DNA of 46,094 nt from an uncultured Nitrospirales bacterium (GCA_964401695.1 CAYNZS010000003.1:1-46094), one strand, 5' to 3'; positions 37,451 through 46,094 are shown, numbered from the stretch's first letter. The notes: a model not told the origin generated them from the sequence alone. Made by a program: numbers and translations.

Positions 37451-40138
37451 TCAGTGAATCTCGGCCCAGTTCAGGCCAATCCCCATGTCTACTTTGAGCG
37501 TCACTTCTAGCTTCAAAGCGCTTTCCATTACTTCCCTCATCGTTGTCGCGGTCTCGTCGGATTCGCCTGCCGGCGCCTCCACGATCAGTTCGTCGTGAAC
37601 CTGCAAGACCATTCTCGACTCCGTGCCCGCCAATGCCTTATCGAGCCGAATCATGGCAATCTTAATGATGTCCGCCGCCGTCCCCTGCACCGGCGTATTG
37701 ATGGCAATCCGCTCCGCCGCGCGCTGAGCCATGGTGTCGCTTCCCGTCAATGCCGGTAGATAGCGGCGCCGATTCAGCAGCGTGGTGACGTATCCTCTTT
37801 CTCTCGCCTCTTCCTTCGTTCGCTCCATCCAATCGTGTACACCAGGGTACTGCGCAAAGTACTGTTCGATAAACGCACCCGCTTCCTTATTGCTCACGCC
37901 GATGCTCTTCGCCAAACCGAACGCGCTCTGACCGTACAAAACTCCGAAATTGACAGCCTTCGCTTGGCGGCGCATGTCCGCCGTGACGTCGCTGTGCTCG
38001 ACCCCGAAAACACGCGCGGCCGTTTCGCGGTGGATGTCTTCGTCGTTCCGGAAGGCCTCCTGCAACCGAACGTCGCCGGACAGGTGAGCGAGAACCCGCA
38101 ATTCAATTTGAGAATAGTCGGCCGCAATAAGGCGATTCTCCGGGCACCCCGAAACAAATCCCTCGCGAATACGCCGGCCCAAGCCGGTGCGAATGGGTAT
38201 ATTCTGCAAATTGGGGTCGCTGCTGGATAACCGCCCTGTGGCGGCGACTGCCTGGTTGAACGAGGTATGGATCCGGTCCGTCACCGGGTTCACCATTTTC
38301 GGCAAAGCTTCGACGTAAGTGCCCCTCAGTTTTTCGAGGGTCCGGTATTCGAGAACCTTTTCCGGCAGGGGGTGATCCCTGGATAACTGCTCGAGCACTT
38401 CCACATCGGTCGAATAGCCCGTCTTCGTCTTCTTAGTGGGCTTCAACCCCAGATACTCGAACAAGATCTTCTGGAGCTGTTTCGGAGAGTTGATCGTGAA
38501 AGGCTCGCCTGCTAATTCAAATATTTCGGTCTTGAGCGCCTCGAGACGACTTTGGATTTCTTGCCGAAGACCTTCGAAGATGCCGCGGTCAATGGCAACC
38601 CCAGCCATCTCCATGCGCGCCAAAACGTGTAGTAGAGGAAGTTCAACCTCCTCGTACAGCCGATCCAACTCGCGCTCTTTGAGCACGGGCTGGAAGGCCT
38701 CCGCCAACTGCCACGCGATATCCGCATCTTCGCACGCGTATTCACACGCTTCTTGGATGGGGACGAAGTCAAATGTGACGGCTTTAGATCCCGTTCCGAT
38801 TAACTGGGAAATAGGGATCGGCTTGCGCCGGAGGTACTGGAGGCTGACTTCGTTTAGATTATGCCTCATACGGGACGGATCCGTCAAGTACGAAAGCAGC
38901 ATGGAATCGTCGGCAATCCCTCCCAGGTCGAGACCCGCCTGCGCGAATATCTCGAAATCGTACTTGAGGTTGTGGCCGATCTTGCCAATGGAAGGGTCTT
39001 CGAGGACCGGGCGCAGGGCCTCAAAGGCCTCGTCGACCTCCAGTCCTGTGACGGGTAGGTCATCTATGTACATGGCCTCGGGCTGATGCGAGACGGGGAT
39101 GTAGAACCCGCTATTGGGGGCAAAGCTCAAGGAGATCCCAACGAGCCTGGCCCCCATGGCCTGAACGGATGTGGTTTCCGTATCGACGGCCACGGCGCCC
39201 GATTTGCGGATGGACGCGGCGACGGCGTCCAGCTCCTCGCGCGTGAGAATCAGGCGATAGTCCAAATCGGCCGGTTCGGAATCGGGCGAGAATTCCTCGA
39301 AGAGCTTCTGGAATTCGAGGTCCGCAAAAACCGCGGCTAGCTTCTCGTTGTCTAACGGCTTAGTCCGGAAGGATTCCAGGGTTGCATCCAGCGGAATACT
39401 CGTATCGATGGTCACCAGCGTCTTACTCAGGAAAGCCATATCCTTATCGGCGATGACCTTTTCTTTTTGCTTGCCCTTGAGTTCGTCCACATGCCCGTAG
39501 AGCCCCTCCATGGTTCCGTACTTCTCGAGGAGTTTTATTGCCGTCTTTTCTCCGATACCCCGGACGCCGGGAACATTGTCCGCCGTGTCGCCCATGAGCC
39601 CGAGAATATCGATTACGTGGTTCGGTTCGACACCATAGCGTTCCTTCACGCCGGCGGGGTCGTACCAGATGCCGTCGTCGCCCTTGTTGGGGTCGTAGAC
39701 TTTTGTCTTGTCTGTTACCAGTTGGAGAAGATCTTTGTCTCCGGTAACGAGGACGGCTTCCAATCCTTCGGCTTCGGCCTGCCGCGCGAGCGTGCCCATG
39801 ACGTCGTCCGCTTCCACGCCGGGAATGCGAAGAACGGGAATGTCGAAGGCCTCGACCAGTGTGTCGATCAGCGCAAACTGTGAGATGAGGTCGTCGGGCG
39901 TTTTGTCGCGGTTGGCTTTGTACTCGGGATAGATATCGTCGCGAAAGGTTTTGCCCGGCGCGTCGAAGGTCATCGCGATGTACGTAGGTTCTTCTTCGCG
40001 CAGGAGCTTCAGGAGGACCCGCGCAAATCCGAACACCGCGTTCGTGGGACGTCCCGATGAATCCCGCAAGTTCTTTATCGCAAAGTACGAGCGGAAGACG
40101 AAAGCCGTGCCGTCAACGATGTAGAGGCGGTCAGCCAT
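37451..40138 (-). CDS. polA: DNA polymerase I
   Basis: Contains the 5-prime nuclease domain (LYIVDGTAFVFRSYFA), a 3-5 exonuclease-like domain, and polymerase motifs DYSQIELRVLAH and QVHDELIVE. The ATG at 40138 overlaps the lpxB stop by 8 nt. Confidence 0.95.
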   Translation of the reverse strand: MADRLYIVDGTAFVFRSYFAIKNLRDSSGRPTNAVFGFARVLLKLLREEEPTYIAMTFDAPGKTFRDDIYPEYKANRDKTPDDLISQFALIDTLVEAFDIPVLRIPGVEADDVMGTLARQAEAEGLEAVLVTGDKDLLQLVTDKTKVYDPNKGDDGIWYDPAGVKERYGVEPNHVIDILGLMGDTADNVPGVRGIGEKTAIKLLEKYGTMEGLYGHVDELKGKQKEKVIADKDMAFLSKTLVTIDTSIPLDATLESFRTKPLDNEKLAAVFADLEFQKLFEEFSPDSEPADLDYRLILTREELDAVAASIRKSGAVAVDTETTSVQAMGARLVGISLSFAPNSGFYIPVSHQPEAMYIDDLPVTGLEVDEAFEALRPVLEDPSIGKIGHNLKYDFEIFAQAGLDLGGIADDSMLLSYLTDPSRMRHNLNEVSLQYLRRKPIPISQLIGTGSKAVTFDFVPIQEACEYACEDADIAWQLAEAFQPVLKERELDRLYEEVELPLLHVLARMEMAGVAIDRGIFEGLRQEIQSRLEALKTEIFELAGEPFTINSPKQLQKILFEYLGLKPTKKTKTGYSTDVEVLEQLSRDHPLPEKVLEYRTLEKLRGTYVEALPKMVNPVTDRIHTSFNQAVAATGRLSSSDPNLQNIPIRTGLGRRIREGFVSGCPENRLIAADYSQIELRVLAHLSGDVRLQEAFRNDEDIHRETAARVFGVEHSDVTADMRRQAKAVNFGVLYGQSAFGLAKSIGVSNKEAGAFIEQYFAQYPGVHDWMERTKEEARERGYVTTLLNRRRYLPALTGSDTMAQRAAERIAINTPVQGTAADIIKIAMIRLDKALAGTESRMVLQVHDELIVEAPAGESDETATTMREVMESALKLEVTLKVDMGIGLNWAEIH

Positions 40139-41249
40139 GATCGGTTTCCTGGACCGTGGCGAGGATCTCGTGGGCGGCGCGCTTGGACGCTCCCGGTCCG
40201 CCGAGCTTTTTGCGGACCCCATCTAGGCCGTCGAGCATGGCTTGGCGTTCAGGGGAATCAGAGATCAGTTGTAGCGCGACAGGCACGATGATACTCGCCT
40301 TTGCCTTGTGTTGTATGAACTCGGGAACGACGGACTTTCCCGCCAGTATGTTGACCATGGCAATGAATTCGACGTGAACCAGCAGCCGCGCCAGCGCGTG
40401 TGTGACCGGCGTCACACGGTAGAGCACCGCCATGGGAACGCGGTAGAGGGCCGTTTCGAGGGTCGCCGTCCCGGACGCGACCATGCAAAACCGGGCGCGT
40501 TCGAGCAACGGTTGGGTTCCGCCCAGAGTCGTTTCCAGAGGGAAGGCGCCCGCAATGGCCCGAACTTGGGCCTCCCGCGCCGAATCGACACAGGGAACCG
40601 AGAAGCGAGTGTCAGGATACTTATTCCGGATGCCTTCCGCAACTTCCATCATGACCGGCAAGATACGCCGGACTTCCTGTTCGCGGCTGCCGGGCAACAG
40701 CCCGATGGCCATCGGATCCACGTCGGCCTTCTCGGCACCCGATGTGTCGAGATGATCGAGCAGCGGATGGCCAACGTAAACGCACGGCACCTCCGCGGCG
40801 TCGTACAGATCCTTTTCGAAAGGCAAGATGACGAGCATCTTGTTGACGCAGCGCGCCAGGGTTTTCACCCGCCCCTTCTTCCACGCCCAAACCTGTGGGC
40901 TGATATAGTAGACGACGGGGATGCCGAGGGCGCGGGCTTCAGTGGCGAGGCGAATATTGAAGCCGGGGTAGTCGATGAGGACGAGGCAATCCGGCCTGCT
41001 CTCACGCAAGCGGCCGACGGTTTCCTTGAACAACTTCCGAAGAAATCCGAAGGAGCGGACCACTTCGGTAAACCCCATGATCGCGCGGCCGGCGAGATCG
41101 TATCGCAGCTTCATCCCGGCCTGTTCCATCAGCGTCCCGCCGAGGCCCTCGAATTCGACATCCGAGTCAATCTCTCGAATCGCCCGCAAGACATTCGCGC
41201 CGTGAATATCGCCGGAAGATTCCCCCGCTGAGAAGAAGATGCAGGTCAT
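40131..41249 (-). CDS. lpxB: lipid-A-disaccharide synthase
   Basis: The N-terminal IFFSAGESSGDIHGANVLRAI is typical of LpxB, and the length is about 372 aa. The ATG at 41249 overlaps the upstream stop (ATGA). Confidence 0.9.
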   Translation of the reverse strand: MTCIFFSAGESSGDIHGANVLRAIREIDSDVEFEGLGGTLMEQAGMKLRYDLAGRAIMGFTEVVRSFGFLRKLFKETVGRLRESRPDCLVLIDYPGFNIRLATEARALGIPVVYYISPQVWAWKKGRVKTLARCVNKMLVILPFEKDLYDAAEVPCVYVGHPLLDHLDTSGAEKADVDPMAIGLLPGSREQEVRRILPVMMEVAEGIRNKYPDTRFSVPCVDSAREAQVRAIAGAFPLETTLGGTQPLLERARFCMVASGTATLETALYRVPMAVLYRVTPVTHALARLLVHVEFIAMVNILAGKSVVPEFIQHKAKASIIVPVALQLISDSPERQAMLDGLDGVRKKLGGPGASKRAAHEILATVQETDHG

Positions 41250-42199
41250 GCGCAATCCCGAATGAAGTCGACCAGGCGTTCGGCAAGCTTGAGTGCCAGA
41301 AGCCCGTCATGACCGCTAACGACCGGCTTGCCGCGGTCGCGGACGCACTGAATGAAGGATTCCAGCTCCAGTTTCAACGGCTCTTCCTTCTTGACGTCGA
41401 TCGCGTCGATCGAAATTGCGGACATGGGCGACACTCCCTCGGGCAGCGCGCCAGGCTGTTTTCGATATATCAATATTTCTTGCGCGGAGTAGTCTGTGGA
41501 CACATACGCATTGTCTTCGAAAATTCGGATTTTGCGCATGCTTTCGACAGAGATACGGCTCGATGTCAGATTCGCCACACAGCCGGACTCGAATCGAACC
41601 CGGGCATTGGCGATGTCTTCGACGGCCGAGAAGACCGACACACCAACGGCATCGACGGACACTACTTCGGAGTCCACCAACGCCAGAATGATGTCAAGAT
41701 CGTGAATCATGAGGTCGTGGACTACGCTGACATCGTGGCCACGGCTCGGGTAGGGACTCAGCCGGTGACACTCGATGAAACGGGGTTCCTTCACGGCTCC
41801 CCGCAATGCGAGAACAGCCCCGTTGAACCTTTCGACATGGCCTACCTGGAGGATGCACTCATTCTCAGTCGCAGCCTCGACCATCTCGCTGCCCTCCAGC
41901 GTCGAGGCGGCTATGGGCTTTTCGACGAGCACGTCCGTTCCCGCGCGCAGCAGCAGAAGAGCTACCTCTTTATGAAACGACGTTGGCACCGCTACCGATA
42001 CAGCGTCCACGCCTGCCGCTAGGAGTTCTTCCGGGCTGGCGAAGCTAGCTGCTCCAAATTCGGCAGCAACCTCCTCGCCGCGCGCCCAGTCCGCGTCCAC
42101 TATGCCGACAAGCGATACTCCATTCAAACTGTTGTACAAGCGGGCATGGTGGTAGCCCAAATGGCCGACGCCAATAACGCCGACGCGAATGGCAGACAT
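41246..42199 (-). CDS. Gfo/Idh/MocA family NAD(P)-dependent oxidoreductase located between lpxA and lpxB
   Basis: 317-aa ORF with a Rossmann-type N-terminus (IRVGVIGVGHLGYHHARLY) and the EKP motif (VLVEKPIA). AAGGAG lies upstream of the ATG. Confidence 0.85.
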   Translation of the reverse strand: MSAIRVGVIGVGHLGYHHARLYNSLNGVSLVGIVDADWARGEEVAAEFGAASFASPEELLAAGVDAVSVAVPTSFHKEVALLLLRAGTDVLVEKPIAASTLEGSEMVEAATENECILQVGHVERFNGAVLALRGAVKEPRFIECHRLSPYPSRGHDVSVVHDLMIHDLDIILALVDSEVVSVDAVGVSVFSAVEDIANARVRFESGCVANLTSSRISVESMRKIRIFEDNAYVSTDYSAQEILIYRKQPGALPEGVSPMSAISIDAIDVKKEEPLKLELESFIQCVRDRGKPVVSGHDGLLALKLAERLVDFIRDCA

Positions 42200-42244
42200 C
42201 TTCTTCTCCTTCTAAATCGTATATCGCCGGACCCGATCAGTAGT

Positions 42245-42275
42245 CCCTTCCCTCTCCGGGGGGGCCTGGGGAAGG
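42245..42275. repeat. degenerate C-run/G-run palindrome (family E)
   Basis: In CCCTTCCCTCTCCGGGGGGGCCTGGGGAAGG, the CCCTTCC and GGGGAAGG arms are complementary. Confidence 0.4.
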
Positions 42276-42373
42276 TCGAGCATCCACGAAGACCGAACGC
42301 TCGGGGCCGACGAGAGAAATTACCGATCAGCCCGGATAGCCGAGCGAGGCGCAAGCCGAGGCGCGCAAATCCC

Positions 42374-42489
42374 CTCTCGTTCCCACGGTCCTCCGTGGGA
42401 ACGCACATCGTCATTCAAAACAGTTTGTGTAAAATGAAAAAGTGAAGATCTTCGCAATGTATTCCCACGGAGGACTGTGCAAACGAGAG
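42374..42489. repeat. composite repeat (family C): inverted pair of CGTTCCCACGG-type hairpins around a 50-nt AT-rich spacer
   Basis: 42378-42403 (CGTTCCCACGGTCCTCCGTGGGAACG) is a hairpin. 42458-42489 matches the reverse complement of 42374-42407 at about 27 of 32 positions. The spacer 42408-42457 is about 30% GC in a genome of about 60% GC. Confidence 0.7.
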
Positions 42490-42583
42490 TTCTGCGGGCA
42501 ACGCGAACCCTATCTGCGACCTCTTGTCAACGCGAGAACGCCCGTGGAGATAGAGGTGCTCTTCTTTGGGCCGCTCCGCGTTA

Positions 42584-43369
42584 CTAAGCAATTCCGCGAA
42601 CAGACCTACGGGCAAATTGTACGAACGCGTCGCGTTCGTCACTGTCTTCGACAGATCGCTCGATTTCTTCCAGCGCTTGCGTCGTATTCAGTTCCGAGCG
42701 GTACATGATGCGGTACATCTGCTTGACGCGGGCGCGCGCGCCTTCATCCAGCCCGTTTCGGCGCAGGCCCACCGAATTGGGTCCGCAACATTTAACAGGA
42801 TTCCCCTCAAGAATCATGAAGGGAGGGGCATCTTTTGTAACGCGGGCCATCCCGGCGATGAACGACATGGTCCCGAGCACGCATTCTTGGTGAATGCCGG
42901 TCAGTCCGCCGATGATGACTTTGTCTTCCACGTCGACATGGCCGGCAAGCGCAACGCAATTGGCCATGAACACCTCGTTGCCCACATGGCAATCGTGGGC
43001 GACGTGGCTGCACGTCATAAAAAGGCAACTGTCGCCAACGGTCGTAATCCGGTGATCGTCTTCTTCGCTCGACATCGTGCTCGCGCTAATCGTCACCGTC
43101 TCCCGGATCATGTTATTGTCACCAATCGAGGTCCGGCCGACGAGGCCCTCGCGATGCTTGAGGTCCTGAGACAGTATCCCTATCTGCGCGCCGCTGAAAA
43201 TGCGGTTGTTCTTGCCAATAACGGTGCGCCCTTCGATGACGCAATGAGGACCGATGACGGTGCCTTCACCAATCGAGACGTGGCTCCCAACGATCGTGTA
43301 AGGCTGGACCTCAACATCGCTAGCGAGTTGAGCATCCGGGTGGACGATAGCGGTAGGGTGTATCTTCAT
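42584..43369 (-). CDS. lpxA: acyl-ACP--UDP-N-acetylglucosamine O-acyltransferase
   Basis: Begins MKIHPTAIVHPDAQLASDVEVQPYTIVGSHVSIGEGTVIGPH, with hexapeptide repeats, and is 261 aa long. The ATG is at 43369; the 102 upstream codons of the ORF model are discarded. Confidence 0.9.
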   Translation of the reverse strand: MKIHPTAIVHPDAQLASDVEVQPYTIVGSHVSIGEGTVIGPHCVIEGRTVIGKNNRIFSGAQIGILSQDLKHREGLVGRTSIGDNNMIRETVTISASTMSSEEDDHRITTVGDSCLFMTCSHVAHDCHVGNEVFMANCVALAGHVDVEDKVIIGGLTGIHQECVLGTMSFIAGMARVTKDAPPFMILEGNPVKCCGPNSVGLRRNGLDEGARARVKQMYRIMYRSELNTTQALEEIERSVEDSDERDAFVQFARRSVRGIA

Positions 43370-43440
43370 ACGCTCGTTGGGCCAAACTGAGGACAGAAGC
43401 TCCGCGTGGGAGTGAAGAATGGCACAGTGCCGAGCCAAAA

Positions 43441-44559
43441 TCAAACAATGCCGGCATTCGATCCGCGCTGAAATGCGGGCGTAGCCGGTGAAATGCTGCA
43501 GGTCATCTCTCGCTGGGCCGCGGTGGGCGCGTGGGCCGCGTAGGTCGGGCGGGATTGCCCCCGCGCGGCGGCACCGGTCTTCCTCGCAACGTTGGGCGCG
43601 CGGGCCTCCGTGTTTCGGTTCGGGTAGGTGCGGGCCGCGGCGTAAGTTTGGGGGAGTTGTCCAGGCGGAGGCCATGGCGGCAGATTGGCGGACAGGCCCG
43701 CGGCTTGCCTTGGTGTCGACTCCACGGTCGCGGGAGGCAGCGCCGGCGGCCCGCCCGCGATGCCGAGGGCTTTATAGAACGCCTGGGCGAGTTCCGGTTC
43801 GCGGCGGACGGCCCCGTGCAAATATTGGGCCCAAGCGAAGGCGTCGGGATTGGCGGCCCACTGGGCGTTCCGACTTCTCAGGTTCCACATGGGCGCTGGA
43901 TTTCGAAAAAGGTACTCGTCGAGCCCACGCGCGGCCGTTCCCAATTCCAAGCCGCCAGAGTAGGCTGTTTCCCACCACGGAAAAATCTCACTCCGCGCCT
44001 CGGGCATCTCCGCGAGGGCCTTGAAGCTCTCCTGTATCCCCTGCTGAAGGCCGGGGTCGGTATGAAAACGGTCGCGCAATGGTCGCAGGGCGTCCGGCAT
44101 TCGCGCGAGCAGCGCCGGGTTGCGCGAGAAGAGCGCCGCATCGTCCGGGTGCCCACGGAGATAAGCAAGCGCCGGCCCCAATTCACGGCGCAGGCCGGGC
44201 CGGTTCATTTCGAGGCGGAGGAGGGTATCGACCTGCTCGCGGGCCTGCGAGTTGTTGCCGAGAAACGCGTTGTAGCACAGGAAGCGATCCCAGGAAGTCT
44301 TGTCCTTCGCCAAGGCTTCCTCGAAAGGGGCGGCCGCTTTGCGAAAACTCGGCAGCGCAGACATGTCCATGTACGTCTCTTCCGCAGCGCCGAAATCGCC
44401 TTCCGACCGCAAGAAGGATTGAAAGCCTTGGTTGAGGGATTACAGTTCGGGATTCCGTTCGAGGAGGCGCAGAAGTTCGCTCTCCTTCGCGCTGGCCGCC
44501 GGTGGCGATTCGGACGTCTGGAAACCGAATGTTGCGCACGCAATCAGAAAGAGGGTCAT
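43441..44559 (-). pseudogene. hypothetical lipoprotein gene interrupted by an in-frame TAA
   Basis: The ATG at 44559 overlaps the upstream stop (ATGA). The signal peptide with lipobox (MTLFLIAC) runs 39 codons to a TAA at 44440-44442. The same frame then stays open for another 332 codons with protein-like composition. Confidence 0.5.
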
Positions 44560-45857
44560 TCGATACATAGTTCGCAAGCCAGATCGAGCACGGTAAACCG
44601 GTTCCGAATATAGCTGGCCCGCCGCTGTCCATCGCTGTAAACTTCGATGGGTGACGCCAATTCTTCGGGCGCCGTAGGCCCGCCTGCCGCGCGTATCGCC
44701 TCCTCGACAACTCTTGGCGGCAGCAAATCCCGCGCGCAAGCATCGCGCAACCTGGGCAACACGCCACGAAATTTTTCGAGCTCCATTCTGAGTTCGTACT
44801 CCGGCAATCTCTTCTCACGCCATTGAGCGCGCACCTCAGAGGCAATCGTCCCCCAATCCTCATCGATCCACGCGTCAATCTCCGCCTCGTCCGGCTGAGC
44901 CACGAGCAGGGCGTCGATATCGATATCGACGGGGTCGAGGCCTAGGATCTTCTCCCATAGCCCCAGGCAGTAAAGCGTGGCGACGCCCACCTGCGCTCCG
45001 TGGAGATCGTGAGCCGTTCCGTACAAGGCCGATTTCATGTCTATATAGTGCGAGATAAGATGTTCGCCGCCCGAAGCCGGGGCCGACGATCCCGCCACGG
45101 CCATCGAAAAGCCCGAAACCATCAGCGCGCGCAATACGGTTGCGTAGGCCCCCACATCGCCGTGCGCGGTCGCTTCGGCCACGCGCGCCACATCGTCCTG
45201 GACGCTCTCAAGGAGCTTTCGGGGCTCCTCGCTGAAATAGCCGCCCCGCAGCGCATGGGCAACCCGCCAATCGGTAGACGACGAAGCCTTGCTCAGAAAA
45301 TCGCCCATGCCGGCGGCGGTCATTCGGGGGGGAGCGGAGGCGCAAACTTCGGGATCGGCAAAAACGCCCGCGGCGGGAACGGATGGCTGGGTCCGCTTGA
45401 GGCCGTTCACTTTCAACGCGACGATCGCCGAGGTGTACCCGTTCATAGAAGCGGCGGAGGGGAAAAGCAGGACCGGCTTCCCAAGCTTTCCCCCGGCGTA
45501 CTTCGCCAAATCGCTCAAACTGCCCGAACCCGCCGCGACAATAAAATCTACCGCGTCCGCTGCCCTCGCGACTTCGTCGCCAAGCACGTTCGTCGCGTCA
45601 AGAGGCTCGGCTGCGAATAGGCGCTCCTCGACTCGAAGGCCCGCGTCGCGAAGCACGGATATCAACGGCGCACCAGCGCATTCAAGTGTATTCTCGTCGG
45701 CAATGACGAGGCCCGAACTGCCGCAACGCCGTTTCGCATACCCCGACAATTCGCCCGCCGCGTTCGGACCCACATAGCAAACCTCCGTAGCCACGCCATT
45801 CGGAATGTCCACGTACGCCGCTTTGCGCGCTGCTTCGTCTGGCAAAACGCTTGCCAC
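44556..45857 (-). CDS. sn-glycerol-1-phosphate dehydrogenase-like enzyme (iron-containing alcohol dehydrogenase / dehydroquinate-synthase-like superfamily)
   Basis: 433-aa ORF with GSGSLSDLAKYAG (GGGxxxDxxK-type NAD motif), PSAASMNGYTS (the ASxDGY-type motif of G1PDH/AraM-like proteins) and GEHLISHYID metal ligands. The start is GTG. Confidence 0.7.
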   Translation of the reverse strand: MASVLPDEAARKAAYVDIPNGVATEVCYVGPNAAGELSGYAKRRCGSSGLVIADENTLECAGAPLISVLRDAGLRVEERLFAAEPLDATNVLGDEVARAADAVDFIVAAGSGSLSDLAKYAGGKLGKPVLLFPSAASMNGYTSAIVALKVNGLKRTQPSVPAAGVFADPEVCASAPPRMTAAGMGDFLSKASSSTDWRVAHALRGGYFSEEPRKLLESVQDDVARVAEATAHGDVGAYATVLRALMVSGFSMAVAGSSAPASGGEHLISHYIDMKSALYGTAHDLHGAQVGVATLYCLGLWEKILGLDPVDIDIDALLVAQPDEAEIDAWIDEDWGTIASEVRAQWREKRLPEYELRMELEKFRGVLPRLRDACARDLLPPRVVEEAIRAAGGPTAPEELASPIEVYSDGQRRASYIRNRFTVLDLACELCIE

Positions 45858-45939
45858 GCCACGCGAGCTCCTCTCGGTCGGCCAATCGTTGGGGAAAGTA
45901 TACCAGCAGCGAGACCGATGATCCGCGAATAGGACAACT

Positions 45940-45965
45940 ACCCCTCCCAGGTTTAGGGTTTAGCC
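45940..45965. repeat. partial family E repeat (ACCCCTCCCAGGTTTAGGGTTTAGCC)
   Basis: Shares CCCCTCCC(C/A)GGTTTAGGG with 4201-4219. Confidence 0.45.
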
Positions 45966-46094
45966 CGCATCGCTCACAGCTTCCGGGGCAGGTGCTCTGC
46001 GACTCGTTTTTTGTCAATTCTGGGCTCTTGAGAGGGTTTTGGAGTAATTTTCTCGTCGACGGGACACACTTCCCCCTTTTCTCACGGTTCTTAT

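Noticed and set aside
1-46094. CRISPR arrays, rRNA/tRNA genes, prophage, transposase/integrase genes or known defence systems.
   Set aside because: No regularly spaced direct repeats were seen, no RNA gene signatures, and no ORF with recombinase, transposase, capsid or defence-type motifs. The MoxR/VWA genes form a classical Bat-type operon rather than a conflict-system architecture.

Overview
This is a 46.1 kb segment of roughly 60% GC that looks chromosomal. It comes from a diderm bacterium, since lpxA and lpxB are present. Gene content and the intergenic repeats resemble PVC-type or candidate-phylum metagenome genomes, but taxonomy cannot be fixed from sequence alone.

I support 29 intact protein genes plus 2 disrupted ones:
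- a convergent pair of radical-SAM enzymes, a DUF502 protein and a secreted D-aminoacylase-family amidohydrolase;
- an acyl-CoA ligase, an enoyl-CoA hydratase and a class III CoA-transferase;
- a broken PAS-PAS hybrid histidine kinase;
- an ABC ATPase with an ABC-2 permease fused to a CPBP (CAAX/Abi) protease domain, followed by pepF;
- a Bat-type operon (membrane coiled-coil protein, MoxR, DUF58, BatA-like, double-VWA protein) interrupted by a GxxExxY / PD-(D/E)XK gene;
- htpG, a sugar ABC importer, an esterase and a small ORF;
- a long co-directional housekeeping string: G1P-dehydrogenase-like enzyme, lipoprotein with an internal stop, lpxA, Gfo/Idh/MocA oxidoreductase, lpxB, polA, rho, trpS.

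I found no rRNA, tRNA, CRISPR array, transposase, integrase, phage gene or recognisable defence system.

The least ordinary content is non-coding. Most of the larger intergenic gaps (six of those over ~200 nt) carry members of at least six families of structured repeats. One is a 184-nt element with perfect 17-bp inverted termini just upstream of pepF, with a truncated second copy and solo terminal motifs at other gene boundaries. The single GxxExxY nuclease-fold gene sits inside an otherwise tightly packed operon and is bracketed by two of these repeat types.

My best candidate for something undescribed is therefore a repeat / nuclease-fold association, or a new structured RNA or MITE. This is inference only. 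All coordinates and alignments were made by eye, without tools.
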